This document shows, piece after piece, positions 1 through 8,727 of a stretch of DNA of 32,000 nucleotides. The position numbers were made by a program, and so were the translations under genes. The DNA lies in assembly GCF_000018465.1 (NCBI RefSeq), contig NC_010085.1, positions 1,230,001 through 1,262,000 on the forward strand, written 5' to 3'. Numbering within the stretch: position 1 is the first letter of the stretch; each line of letters starts with the position of its first letter. This DNA is from Nitrosopumilus maritimus SCM1. GTDB lineage: Archaea > Thermoproteota > Nitrososphaeria > Nitrososphaerales > Nitrosopumilaceae. The notes beneath the pieces were generated by a model. That model saw nothing but the letters and a program-made list of their open reading frames with translations. It was not told the DNA's origin and did not search any database.

Positions 1-120
1 TGGCAAAAATTTCAAAGGTAACCAACATAAGCACAGTTACAATTAGAAAAATAATAAAACTAGTAAGACCATTTGCTGCCAAATACATCAAAAGCATTGA
101 TGTTGGAATAACACAGTAAG

Positions 121-312
121 ATGTCTCAAAATGAATTTGAAAAAATAAAAAGATACGAAAGTTTGCAGGACGAATACAAGAATCTCCTTTCAGAATACGA
201 AGAGCTTAAAACAAGCAATCCTTACAATTTGCAGTTAACAAATAAAATTGTCGAACTTACCGCAAAACAGAAAGAAATTGAAACATCTTTGTCAGAACTC
301 AAAGAAATCTAG
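121..312 (+). CDS. Small coiled-coil hypothetical protein (63 aa)
   Basis: ORF track; charged heptad-like sequence; convergent with the 309..806 gene. Confidence 0.5.
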   Translation: MSQNEFEKIKRYESLQDEYKNLLSEYEELKTSNPYNLQLTNKIVELTAKQKEIETSLSELKEI

Positions 313-806
313 TTTTTATTTTCTAGATTAATCGTAGAGGGTTTTTGTTCTTTGCGAGAAATTGAAACAAGAACCTCGTCAAATTTTTTATTTGGAATCC
401 AGATTCTTTTTTTATCTTCATCAATCTCAATTATTGTTTTTGTCAAACCCAGCTTGAGAATAGTTCCTTTGCGATTTTCTATTTCAATCTTGGAACCGAC
501 ATGAATGTTTGTGCTTAATGCTATGCTTATGCCAGATGCGGCATTTTGTAATTTGTTGAGATACACAAATGCTGCAAAAATCAGTATTGCACTAAGGGAC
601 GTTACAGTCTCCAAGGCATACGTTAGAAGATCAAAATTTATTGAAAGATAGATTCCCTCTGCAATAACTATTAACAATATAATGACGACTAGTGCCTTGT
701 AGGATCCTTCTAGCTTTTTGAACTTGTAAAAATCAACAAGTTTTGCAGATGCAATGGCAACAACAGTAACTAGAATTGATATTATTGCATGGATTTCTAA
801 AGCCAT
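309..806 (-). CDS. MscS-like small mechanosensitive channel family protein (165 aa)
   Basis: Several N-terminal TM segments followed by a beta-domain-like stretch (HVGSKIEIENRKGTILKLGLTKTIIEIDEDKKRIWIPNKKF); located beside ectoine genes. Confidence 0.65.
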   Translation of the reverse strand: MALEIHAIISILVTVVAIASAKLVDFYKFKKLEGSYKALVVIILLIVIAEGIYLSINFDLLTYALETVTSLSAILIFAAFVYLNKLQNAASGISIALSTNIHVGSKIEIENRKGTILKLGLTKTIIEIDEDKKRIWIPNKKFDEVLVSISRKEQKPSTINLENKN

Positions 807-830
807 TTTCTTCTCACATGCGTTTCAAGT

Positions 831-1745
831 TTAGTTTAGAAAGTTTTCTATAGGATCCAATACAGAAAACTCTCTGGATCCAATGTAGTTGGGGCGAGGT
901 TCCAATCCACAAAATGGTGTGATTAGTTTATTGTGAATACTATTGAATACAATAAACGCGTTGCTTCGCGGATAAGGGGAAATATTTCCATTAGAGCCAT
1001 GCATGATATTGCAGTCAAAGAATATTGCAGAGCCTGCATCACCTTTGGCAGATACAATTCCTCCTTTTTCTACCATATCCTCAAGGATTTTCTTGTCAGG
1101 AGTACCTATCTCTTGTCTTTTTAGGGATTGTTTGTAGTGTTTGTCAGGAGTTGTACCAGAACACGAGACAAATTCTTTGTGAGATCCTGGAATGACCATC
1201 AGAGGACCGTTAAACTCATAGTTTTTTGTAAGACTGACAGAGCACGAGACAGCACGCATGTTTGGCATGCCATCCTCAGAGTGCCACGTCTCAAAGTCCG
1301 AATGCCAGTAGAACTCTTTTCCATCAAATCCAGGTTTCAGATTAACTCGGGATTGATGTACGTACACTTTGCTTCCTAAAAGCTGCTGAGCCACATCTAC
1401 AAGTCTACTGTCTTTGCAAAGTCTGCTAAAAATCTCACTTAGTTTATGTATTTCAAATATGGAACGTACATCTTTTTTTGTTTCCTCCAAGATGAATTGA
1501 GGCAGTTCTTTTTTAGAGTCATCTTTTGACAATGCCTTTAGTTCATCAAGTAATGCAGTCACCTCATCTATAGAAAACAGATTCTCAAATACAAGATATC
1601 CGTTTTTCTCAAAAAAATCCTCTTGTTTCCTAGTCAAAGAGGTTAAAGAACTTGGATATACCACAGGATCAGTCCTTGGGATAATTTTTGATTCAGAATT
1701 CATTCTTGTTGGATAAAAATCCATTTCAGTGTTATTTTGATACAT
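831..1745 (-). CDS. ectD: Ectoine hydroxylase (phytanoyl-CoA dioxygenase family)
   Basis: Fe(II)/2OG dioxygenase motifs (FYWHSDFETWHSEDG..., SAIFFDCNIMHGSNGNISPYPRSN) in an ect cluster. Confidence 0.93.
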   Translation of the reverse strand: MYQNNTEMDFYPTRMNSESKIIPRTDPVVYPSSLTSLTRKQEDFFEKNGYLVFENLFSIDEVTALLDELKALSKDDSKKELPQFILEETKKDVRSIFEIHKLSEIFSRLCKDSRLVDVAQQLLGSKVYVHQSRVNLKPGFDGKEFYWHSDFETWHSEDGMPNMRAVSCSVSLTKNYEFNGPLMVIPGSHKEFVSCSGTTPDKHYKQSLKRQEIGTPDKKILEDMVEKGGIVSAKGDAGSAIFFDCNIMHGSNGNISPYPRSNAFIVFNSIHNKLITPFCGLEPRPNYIGSREFSVLDPIENFLN

Positions 1746-1746
1746 T

Positions 1747-2133
1747 TTACTTCTCCGTTAATAATGGATACACTCCTTGGGTATCATGAGTTTCAGGACC
1801 CACAAGTGGAGGATTAAAGACGCATATCATCTTCATTTCTGAAAATGCGCGTAGTACATGCTTGTCATGTTTGTCTAATGCATAAATTGTTCCTGGATGA
1901 ATTTCATGTCTAGTCCCGTCTTCTTCTTCAATTTCGCCGACTCCTTCCAGACAAAACACAGCTTCGAGGTGATGCTTGTACCAAATCTTTGTTTCTGTTT
2001 TGGGAAAAACAGTTGTCTGGTGAAACGAAAATCCCATCCCATCATCTTTTAGCAACAGTCTTGTGCTAGACCAATTATCAGAAGTGACTTTTCTTTCTGC
2101 ATCATGCAACGAGTCAATGTTACGGACAATCAT
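1747..2133 (-). CDS. ectC: L-ectoine synthase
   Basis: MIVRN...W.S.R.LLKDDGMGFSFHQT..., cupin fold, GVGEIEEEDGTRHEIHPGTIYALDKHDKH; ect cluster. Confidence 0.95.
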   Translation of the reverse strand: MIVRNIDSLHDAERKVTSDNWSSTRLLLKDDGMGFSFHQTTVFPKTETKIWYKHHLEAVFCLEGVGEIEEEDGTRHEIHPGTIYALDKHDKHVLRAFSEMKMICVFNPPLVGPETHDTQGVYPLLTEK

Positions 2134-3425
2134 TTTTGCACAGTCACCATAGTCAATTTTTTATCAAAATCAGATTCTTGCATAACTTCTTTGATGCTTT
2201 TTTCCAAAATATCCAACCCCTTTGTCAGATTGCTTTCGGAAATGGTCAGAGGTGGAAGAAGTTTTACAACCTGATCATCAGGACCGCATGTCTCCAATAT
2301 CAGACCGTTTTCAAAGCATTTTTGTTTAATTTCGCTAGCCAAATCTTCTAGTATGCAATCAATACCATACACCATTCCCTTCCCCCTAACCTGAATATCT
2401 GAAGAAGGAAATTCATCGGATATTTCCTCTAACCTATGTTTTAGAATATTAGATTTTGTGGCAATTTGTTTTTCAAGATCATCATTTGCCCAGTATTGCT
2501 CAATGGCAGTTTTTGCAGTAACAAAAGCCATATTGTTTCCCCTAAACGTGCCATTGTGTTCACCAGGCTCCCATTTGTCTATGCCAGGCTTTAACAGCAG
2601 TAATGAAAATGGCAATCCAAAACCACTAAGTGATTTTGACAAGGTTATCATGTCTGGCTCTATCCCCATCCCTTCAAAGCTGAAAAAGCTTCCAGTTCTT
2701 CCACAGCCGACTTGGATGTCATCAACTATCACCAAAATTCCAAATTCTTTGCACAGTTCTTGTAATGATTGAAGCCATTTTGAGCTTGCAATATTAATTC
2801 CACCCTCACCTTGAACAGTTTCTAAGACTACAGCTGCAGGAAGATCAACTCCGCTGCTGTTGTCTTCTAGTAAGCGTCTAAGATAATCAATTGTGTTTAG
2901 TTTCTTTCCCATGTAACCATCATACGGCATAAACACGACATCATTTAGAGGAATTCCAGAACCACCTCTATGATGACTGTTTCCCGTAGCTGCAAGCGCT
3001 CCCAGCGTTACGCCGTGAAAGCCGTTTGTAAAAGAAATTATTTTTGTTCTGCCAGTAATTTTTCTTGCAATTTTAAATGCCGCCTCTACAGCATTAGTGC
3101 CAGTAGGGCCAGTAAATTGTAATTTGTAATCCAAATTTCTTGGCTCCAAAATGTATTTTGAAAATGAATTCAAGAAATCTTCTTTTGATCTTGTTGCAAG
3201 ATCCAAACTATGGGTGATGCCATCTTCGTTCAGATAATCAATGATTTCTTTTTTGAGTATGTGGTTGTTGTGTCCATAATTCAATGACCCAGCACCGCAA
3301 AGAAAGTCAAAATATTTTTTTCCGTCTTTGTCAATTAAGAGATGATCTTTTGCTTTTTCAAACATTACAGGATATGCCCTACAGTAGGATCTCACCTGAG
3401 ATTCAATTGTGTTGATTTGTTTCAT
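2130..3425 (-). CDS. ectB: Diaminobutyrate-2-oxoglutarate aminotransferase
   Basis: Class III PLP aminotransferase (GPTGTNAVEAAFKIARKITGR, FHGVTLGALAATGN, IVDDIQVGCGRTG), ect cluster. Confidence 0.95.
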   Translation of the reverse strand: MKQINTIESQVRSYCRAYPVMFEKAKDHLLIDKDGKKYFDFLCGAGSLNYGHNNHILKKEIIDYLNEDGITHSLDLATRSKEDFLNSFSKYILEPRNLDYKLQFTGPTGTNAVEAAFKIARKITGRTKIISFTNGFHGVTLGALAATGNSHHRGGSGIPLNDVVFMPYDGYMGKKLNTIDYLRRLLEDNSSGVDLPAAVVLETVQGEGGINIASSKWLQSLQELCKEFGILVIVDDIQVGCGRTGSFFSFEGMGIEPDMITLSKSLSGFGLPFSLLLLKPGIDKWEPGEHNGTFRGNNMAFVTAKTAIEQYWANDDLEKQIATKSNILKHRLEEISDEFPSSDIQVRGKGMVYGIDCILEDLASEIKQKCFENGLILETCGPDDQVVKLLPPLTISESNLTKGLDILEKSIKEVMQESDFDKKLTMVTVQK

Positions 3426-3931
3426 GCGGTAACCTCCAAAAGACTTTTTTGAATAGGACCAATCCTTACTAGATCTTCTTGCTCGTGGCCATCACCCAAC
3501 ACATCTGATGAAAACAACGGAGTCTTTACAAAATCAGCATCCAGTTGTGCTGCAAAGTTTTGTAAAAATTTCAAAGATGCCTTGTTAGAAGGAGTGACGG
3601 TAGCCTCTACAAATCTAACATCATAATCCGTTTGAGAAAATGCTTTAAAGACAAGCTCTTTTGCCACGCCCTTGTTTCTATACGAGTCATCTACTGCTGC
3701 CTGCCAGACAAAGAGGGTATCATGGTTTTTTGGAGAGATAAAGCCTGAAAGAAATCCAACAATTTTTGAATCATATTCTGCAACTACGCATGTTTTTGAA
3801 AATTGGTGGCACAAGAGCACATAGAGGTATTTAGAATTCTCGTCAAGAGGCTTGTTGTTTTGCACCAACTCCCAAATCTTGTTAGCGTCATCAACTCGAG
3901 GCTCTCTAAATGTAATAGAAGTCATGATCAA
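3422..3931 (-). CDS. ectA: L-2,4-diaminobutyrate acetyltransferase (GNAT)
   Basis: GNAT fold protein (REPRVDDANKIWELVQ...LDENSKYLYVLLCHQF) overlapping ectB by 4 nt. Confidence 0.93.
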   Translation of the reverse strand: MIMTSITFREPRVDDANKIWELVQNNKPLDENSKYLYVLLCHQFSKTCVVAEYDSKIVGFLSGFISPKNHDTLFVWQAAVDDSYRNKGVAKELVFKAFSQTDYDVRFVEATVTPSNKASLKFLQNFAAQLDADFVKTPLFSSDVLGDGHEQEDLVRIGPIQKSLLEVTA

Positions 3932-4329
3932 AGTATGATTTTTTGAGCGTTTCCTTGAGAGTTGATCTCATTTTCTTGAAATGTCTTGTCTACGGCATTA
4001 CTTGCTTCAGGTGGAACACCAATTACAAACGGCAGGCGTTTGCCTTCAGAAGCACCACGTCCCATCATTAGTTTAGACAGGGTTAAGATTTTTTGTTTAG
4101 TTAAATCAGATGAGACTGTTTGAGAATCCGCCACGATTCCAATATGATACAGCTCTTTGTGAGGATTCCACCAGATCACATCAGGTGCCACACCTTCAAC
4201 ATCAGTAGGATTTTCAAAACCAGTACAGTTGGCTTGAATGACTTGTAATTCATCTTTTTCAAATATGTTGATTAAATTTTTTACCAGATATTCTGAAACA
4301 CTCATCAAATATAATTTGGAGTAAAACAA
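3928..4329 (-). CDS. Hypothetical protein, translationally coupled to ectA
   Basis: 133-aa ORF overlapping ectA start by 4 nt on the same strand. Confidence 0.75.
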   Translation of the reverse strand: MFYSKLYLMSVSEYLVKNLINIFEKDELQVIQANCTGFENPTDVEGVAPDVIWWNPHKELYHIGIVADSQTVSSDLTKQKILTLSKLMMGRGASEGKRLPFVIGVPPEASNAVDKTFQENEINSQGNAQKIIL

Positions 4330-4430
4330 GTTAATCTTTTGTAAGCTAATGTATGGAAATTAAATTTCAAAACATAATTTACTGTTTTTTCCATAAACAG
4401 TGTTAATTAAACTAGAGGACTGTTGCAAAC

Positions 4431-4745
4431 ATGGGAAAACGCCAAATAAAAAACGAAAGTGCTCTAAAAAAGATCAAACTTCCTGAAACACAGGAGGAGA
4501 TGTTTGGCAGAGTTATCAAAATGATGGGCGGAGAAAATGTCATGGTAAAATGCTCTGACAACATAGCAAGAAGAGGAAGGATAAGAGGTAAGCTGAAAAG
4601 AAGGGTATGGATCAGAGACAACGACGTGGTAATCATTGCGCCTTGGGAATTTGGCAAGGAACAAAGAGGAGATATTTTATGGAGATATACATTGCCTCAA
4701 GTAGACTGGTTAAAACAAAACAAGTACATCCCGTTGGATTTTTAG
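4431..4745 (+). CDS. eif1A: Archaeal translation initiation factor 1A (aIF-1A)
   Basis: OB-fold S1/IF1 signature: MGGENVMVKCSDNIARRGRIRGKLKRRVWIRDNDVVIIAPWEF...KGDILWRY-like. Confidence 0.93.
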   Translation: MGKRQIKNESALKKIKLPETQEEMFGRVIKMMGGENVMVKCSDNIARRGRIRGKLKRRVWIRDNDVVIIAPWEFGKEQRGDILWRYTLPQVDWLKQNKYIPLDF

Positions 4746-4842
4746 AGAATTTACATTCATTTTACAAATAACAAGTTAATTTAACAAAAACTCTCACAAC
4801 TGGAAAAAACGCAGTAATCGTCAGTTGTTAATTTTAAAATAT

Positions 4843-6567
4843 TTAGAACTTGGAGGATACCACAAAAATAGTAAATTCCAAACCTTTGATTATACTTCTA
4901 GCAATTTTGGTAAATTCAAAACCAGATTCACTTGCCTTTTCATAGATAGAATGATCTACTACTACAGTATTAGGCAGTGCGTACTGATTAATCTTAAAGA
5001 CAGCATTTACAGGCTCTCCAAAAATATCATCCAATTTTGAATCAGAGGTCTTAGATTCATTTACTGACCCAAATGCAGAGCTGATTCTATACGCTAGTCC
5101 AGGAAGGTTTTCAGAAGCTGTTTTCTCATTGAGTTCATGCTCTAGCTTTGTAATCTCTAGACAACAATTCAAAGTATTTGATAGAGATTCCAGATTATCA
5201 GCAGAGATTGGGAAGTAGAACAAGATTGCATCATCTATGATTTTGATTGGTATTCCTTCGTGTTTTTTGATAATTGGAAGAACAGACTCTGTAAAGATTT
5301 CAGTGTAGCGTTTTTTCTTATCATCAGAAAGATTTTGTGTCAACTTGAGTGACCCTACCAAGTCAACAAGACACACATATCCTTCTCTTTTTTGTTCAGA
5401 GAACTTTAAGAGAATATCTTGCTGTTGTTTGATAATATTTTCTCGTTTTCCAATTGCAGATATTGTCTCTTGCAAAGTCTTTGCCATGTTATCAAATGAT
5501 GTAGATAATTCTTCAATCTCATCATTTGTCTGAATATTTGTTCTGACCTCAAAGTTGCCTGCAGATAGTTGTTTTGATGCATCACGTAATTTGATGATGG
5601 GTTTTGAGATTCTCTTTGAGAGAACAAATGTGACTATACTTGCAACAATTATGAGGCTAATTCCAACAATCACTATGTTAGTTTGTAGTTCAGTTATTGG
5701 TTTGAGTATGCCTGCTTCATCCACTTCTGTAAGCAAAACAAATCCTAAATCAGGTTTACAATAAGAGTATCCAAAAATATCCACATTCCTATAATCAGTA
5801 TACTCTGATGCTTCTACATTGTTTCCGTTCTCAAAGCATTCTGAGACAGCAAACGTATCTACTTTTTGATTAAAAGGAGTGTTTTCCAGAAATATTGATT
5901 CTGAAATCATCATTCTGTTATGATTAACAAGGTACACTTCTCCTGTATCATGTAAGCCAAATCTATTCATCAAAATGTCGTCAAAAATCGAAGTTCCCAT
6001 TGTTGCAATCATTACTGCTTCTTGCTTTCCAGAATCAGAATAAACGGGTAATGAGATTTTCATAATGCGCGATTTATCTAAAGATTGTACAAACTCTACA
6101 GTGGGTTCTGATACCTTGTAGTTTCCTTTAACATATTTCAGAGGGTCAACCTGCTCGTTTAATGAAAAAATGGGCTTTCCTCGCATGTTAATAATTTGAA
6201 GATCACGAATACCTGCTTCAAACTCATTTAACTGGAATGAGTGAAATTCATGGTGCAGTAGTGGGGTTTGCTCTTCTAAAGCCCTGTTAAAGGAAACATC
6301 ATCCAACACAGGAATTAAAACATCAAATGAACTAACAAGGGATTCGTTTTGTGCAAAGTTTCCCAACTTGTCAATTCTTGATTCAATGATTGAGGCTATT
6401 GTATTTCCTCTAGTTTCAGATTCATCTTTGAGTGATTCTTTGAAATTTTCTTTGATAATTGAATCTGCAAAATTGTATGCCAGCCCAGTAGTTACTGCAA
6501 TGGATGTTATGCTAATTGCAAGCACTAAAAAAATTAATTTTGTACTGATGCTTACAAATGAACCCAT
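4843..6567 (-). CDS. Membrane sensor: extracytoplasmic Cache-like domain, HAMP, class III nucleotide cyclase-like domain
   Basis: ORF track gives 4843..6633 with a TTG start; ATG at 6567 (MGSFVSISTKLIFLVLAISITS) fits better. TM, ~270-aa extracytoplasmic region, TM, HAMP (KRISKPIIKLRDASKQLSAGNFEVR), cyclase-like C-terminus (GYVCLVDLVGSLKLT, IKIIDDAILFYF, FGEPVNAVFKINQYALPNTVVVD). Confidence 0.8.
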   Translation of the reverse strand: MGSFVSISTKLIFLVLAISITSIAVTTGLAYNFADSIIKENFKESLKDESETRGNTIASIIESRIDKLGNFAQNESLVSSFDVLIPVLDDVSFNRALEEQTPLLHHEFHSFQLNEFEAGIRDLQIINMRGKPIFSLNEQVDPLKYVKGNYKVSEPTVEFVQSLDKSRIMKISLPVYSDSGKQEAVMIATMGTSIFDDILMNRFGLHDTGEVYLVNHNRMMISESIFLENTPFNQKVDTFAVSECFENGNNVEASEYTDYRNVDIFGYSYCKPDLGFVLLTEVDEAGILKPITELQTNIVIVGISLIIVASIVTFVLSKRISKPIIKLRDASKQLSAGNFEVRTNIQTNDEIEELSTSFDNMAKTLQETISAIGKRENIIKQQQDILLKFSEQKREGYVCLVDLVGSLKLTQNLSDDKKKRYTEIFTESVLPIIKKHEGIPIKIIDDAILFYFPISADNLESLSNTLNCCLEITKLEHELNEKTASENLPGLAYRISSAFGSVNESKTSDSKLDDIFGEPVNAVFKINQYALPNTVVVDHSIYEKASESGFEFTKIARSIIKGLEFTIFVVSSKF

Positions 6568-6679
6568 GTATCGTATGGAAGTTATGAGTATTTTAATTAT
6601 GATTAATAATTTGGTATTTGTACCACATGTCAAACTTGCACGATCTATGTTTTAATAGAAATTTGAAGTAGAATGGTAA

Positions 6680-7030
6680 ATGGATTACGAAAGGATTTGC
6701 AAGGATATTTTACATTTTGACTCTAAAATTCGATTTTGTGGGGTTACAAATGCAAAAAGTGAGTTAATTGCAAGCATTTCCAAAAATCCTGAAGAGAAAT
6801 TTCTTAGCAAAGACGAAATGATGATGTCAATTCATTATACGCTGGATAGGTCTGAAAAGCATACCAATCTATCATACAAGATAGGTAATGAAAAATCAGC
6901 AGTGATTGAATATGATAAAGTTACAATGATTACTATTCCTCTTGAAAAAAAAGAATTATTGTTAATCAGTACTGAGCCAGAAGCAGACTATTACAAGATT
7001 ATTGCTAAAGCAAGAGAATCACTTTCTTAA
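6680..7030 (+). CDS. Conserved hypothetical protein (116 aa; DUF6659-like/roadblock-like)
   Basis: ORF track; composition typical of a small cytosolic regulator; divergent from the sensor gene. Confidence 0.7.
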   Translation: MDYERICKDILHFDSKIRFCGVTNAKSELIASISKNPEEKFLSKDEMMMSIHYTLDRSEKHTNLSYKIGNEKSAVIEYDKVTMITIPLEKKELLLISTEPEADYYKIIAKARESLS

Positions 7031-7399
7031 CGATTTTTTTGTTTTATGTGCAACTTTTGTTCCCATTTTTACTGTCTTTAATTTTTTAATTATACTTATT
7101 CCTATTTTCAAAAACTTGAATGCAGAAAAAATTGGAATCAAGGTCAGCATTACAATGTCAATCCAGTATTTTTTTACAAATTTTTTTGGATCCCTTACCT
7201 TGTTATACTTGAAGTACAGATCAAACACCAACAAAATTATCAAAGGCCAAATCAGAAAATCAAAAAACTGTTTTGATTCATAAGGAAGAGATAGTATAGG
7301 CTCTGAAAGTCCAATTGTACTGTACTCAAATGAAACAATACCTGCAAAAAACATCAGCCCTATTGCAATTATTGCAAAATCAAGAATTTTGTAGATCAT
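7019..7399 (-). CDS. Small integral membrane protein (126 aa)
   Basis: Three predicted TM stretches and a basic C-terminus; 4-nt overlap with 7396..7605. Confidence 0.65.
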   Translation of the reverse strand: MIYKILDFAIIAIGLMFFAGIVSFEYSTIGLSEPILSLPYESKQFFDFLIWPLIILLVFDLYFKYNKVRDPKKFVKKYWIDIVMLTLIPIFSAFKFLKIGISIIKKLKTVKMGTKVAHKTKKSLRK

Positions 7400-7605
7400 A
7401 GCATTGCAGAAAGTATAACAATCAATGCTGCTGAAATCAGATAGAATCCATAAAATGACTTTTTGTAACGCGGTCTGGCCAAAGCGAATTTTCTAGCAGA
7501 GTGTTTTGATTTTTTGAAAGAAAAGATACGAGAACATTGTGAGAAAAAAGACTCACAGCCGGTCTGGTCTAGGGAAGAATGTTCTCGCATGGTTTTGATA
7601 TGCAT
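7396..7605 (-). CDS. Tail-anchored microprotein, paralogue of 10625..10837
   Basis: C-terminal RPRYKKSFYGFYLISAALIVILSAML resembles PRHKKSFYIFYAFSAISVVLLTLGL of 10625..10837. Confidence 0.7.
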   Translation of the reverse strand: MHIKTMREHSSLDQTGCESFFSQCSRIFSFKKSKHSARKFALARPRYKKSFYGFYLISAALIVILSAML

Positions 7606-7624
7606 AATGTGATCATATACCTTG

Positions 7625-7642
7625 GTCAGCTGTTTAGCTTAC
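7625..7642 (-). promoter_or_regulatory. Inverted repeat operator candidate (copy 1) upstream of 7396..7605
   Basis: + strand GTCAGCT-GTTT-AGCTTAC; conserved TATA-like CATATAC at 7614-7620. Confidence 0.55.
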
Positions 7643-7696
7643 TTGTAGTGAGGACATCTTACCAGACTCTATGAGACTCTACAACTTATCACAAAC

Positions 7697-7846
7697 ATGA
7701 AAACACAACAAATCTCAAACTGGGATAAGATGGTTCACGCCCCATTCAAGAAGGTCGTAAAGTTTGATCTCATATGCATGGGAATGGGAGCAGTGATGGG
7801 AATGGGCGTAGGCGCCTACCTTGTTGCTAGCGGAATGTTCGTCTAG
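7697..7846 (+). CDS. 49-aa membrane microprotein (not in the ORF track)
   Basis: Direct translation MKTQQISNWDKMVHAPFKKVVKFDLICMGMGAVMGMGVGAYLVASGMFV*; single Met/Gly-rich TM helix. Confidence 0.65.
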   Translation: MKTQQISNWDKMVHAPFKKVVKFDLICMGMGAVMGMGVGAYLVASGMFV

Positions 7847-7859
7847 CAAAACTATTTTT

Positions 7860-8660
7860 TTATTCTTTTAGCTTGCTTTCCTGGAATACGTCAGAGCCAT
7901 ACCAGCAGTATCTGAAATAGTCAAGACACCATTCGTGAAACATTGGATCCTTTGAATAGAACATTTCAGTAATGTCAGACTCGCCCTCGTTGTCAGGAAA
8001 CATGACACATGCCTCCTTTTCGTTTAGTACAAGCGATGTCTGTATGTTAGATATCATTTTTCTCTCAACTAGCCCTGCCTCAAGCAATTTGTCAAAGCCC
8101 AGTTTTTTCAATAACGCCTTTCTTCCTTTTGGAACTATTGTGGACTCTGAAAAGACATAGTTGAATTTTACGCCTTTCTTAACTTGCTTTACCAACGGCT
8201 CAATAATATCCAGAGGCACTTCTGCAATTACCTCGTAGACATACTCATCAGAATTCTTGTAGATATTTTTCCATTGCTCTATGACTTTTGATACGCCTTT
8301 GACATGAGTGCTCATTGCAAGCTGGCCGCAACGCATGTTGAATTTGTGTGGAAGATCACCAAAGTCATGGCCCTCAAAATATTTTCTGTTTTGTAAAAGA
8401 AATACCAGCGATGGCACTTGCGTGCAGATGCTCTTGCCAAACGTTGTCAGAGTGTACTTTCCGTCAAGAGTTTTTTTTACCAGTCCATTTTTTTCAAGAC
8501 GTGCAAAATTTCGGTGCACTTCCTGTCTTGTTGAGTCGACTTCCTTGGCACATTCAGAAGGTGTTAAATTTTTACTTAGCAATTTGAATAAAATGTTCAG
8601 TCTCTGAGGACTTGCTAATTCCAGAACATAGTCTGCTGCCTCATCAATAAGATCTTCCAT
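7860..8660 (-). CDS. Winged-helix transcriptional regulator with C-terminal sensor-like domain (FilR1/TrmB-like)
   Basis: N-terminal HTH (LNILFKLLSKNLTPSECAKEVDSTRQEVHRNFARLEKNGLVKKTLDGKYTLT). Confidence 0.8.
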   Translation of the reverse strand: MEDLIDEAADYVLELASPQRLNILFKLLSKNLTPSECAKEVDSTRQEVHRNFARLEKNGLVKKTLDGKYTLTTFGKSICTQVPSLVFLLQNRKYFEGHDFGDLPHKFNMRCGQLAMSTHVKGVSKVIEQWKNIYKNSDEYVYEVIAEVPLDIIEPLVKQVKKGVKFNYVFSESTIVPKGRKALLKKLGFDKLLEAGLVERKMISNIQTSLVLNEKEACVMFPDNEGESDITEMFYSKDPMFHEWCLDYFRYCWYGSDVFQESKLKE

Positions 8661-8727
8661 GTATGATCATCTGATATACACTAAAAAAACTAGTTGAAAA
8701 TGAGCTTCAACTAAGACAGGAAACATT

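Noticed and set aside
933-1379. + strand ORFs 933..1124 and 1128..1379
   Set aside because: Antisense to the well-supported ectD gene, with atypical composition.
6568-6633. N-terminal extension of ORF 4843..6633
   Set aside because: It starts at TTG; ATG at 6567 gives a standard TM-initiated sensor.
7002-7283. + strand ORF 7002..7283
   Set aside because: Antisense to the membrane-protein ORF 7019..7399, which is in an operon-like arrangement with the tail-anchored gene. Both are hydrophobic, so this is a preference rather than proof.
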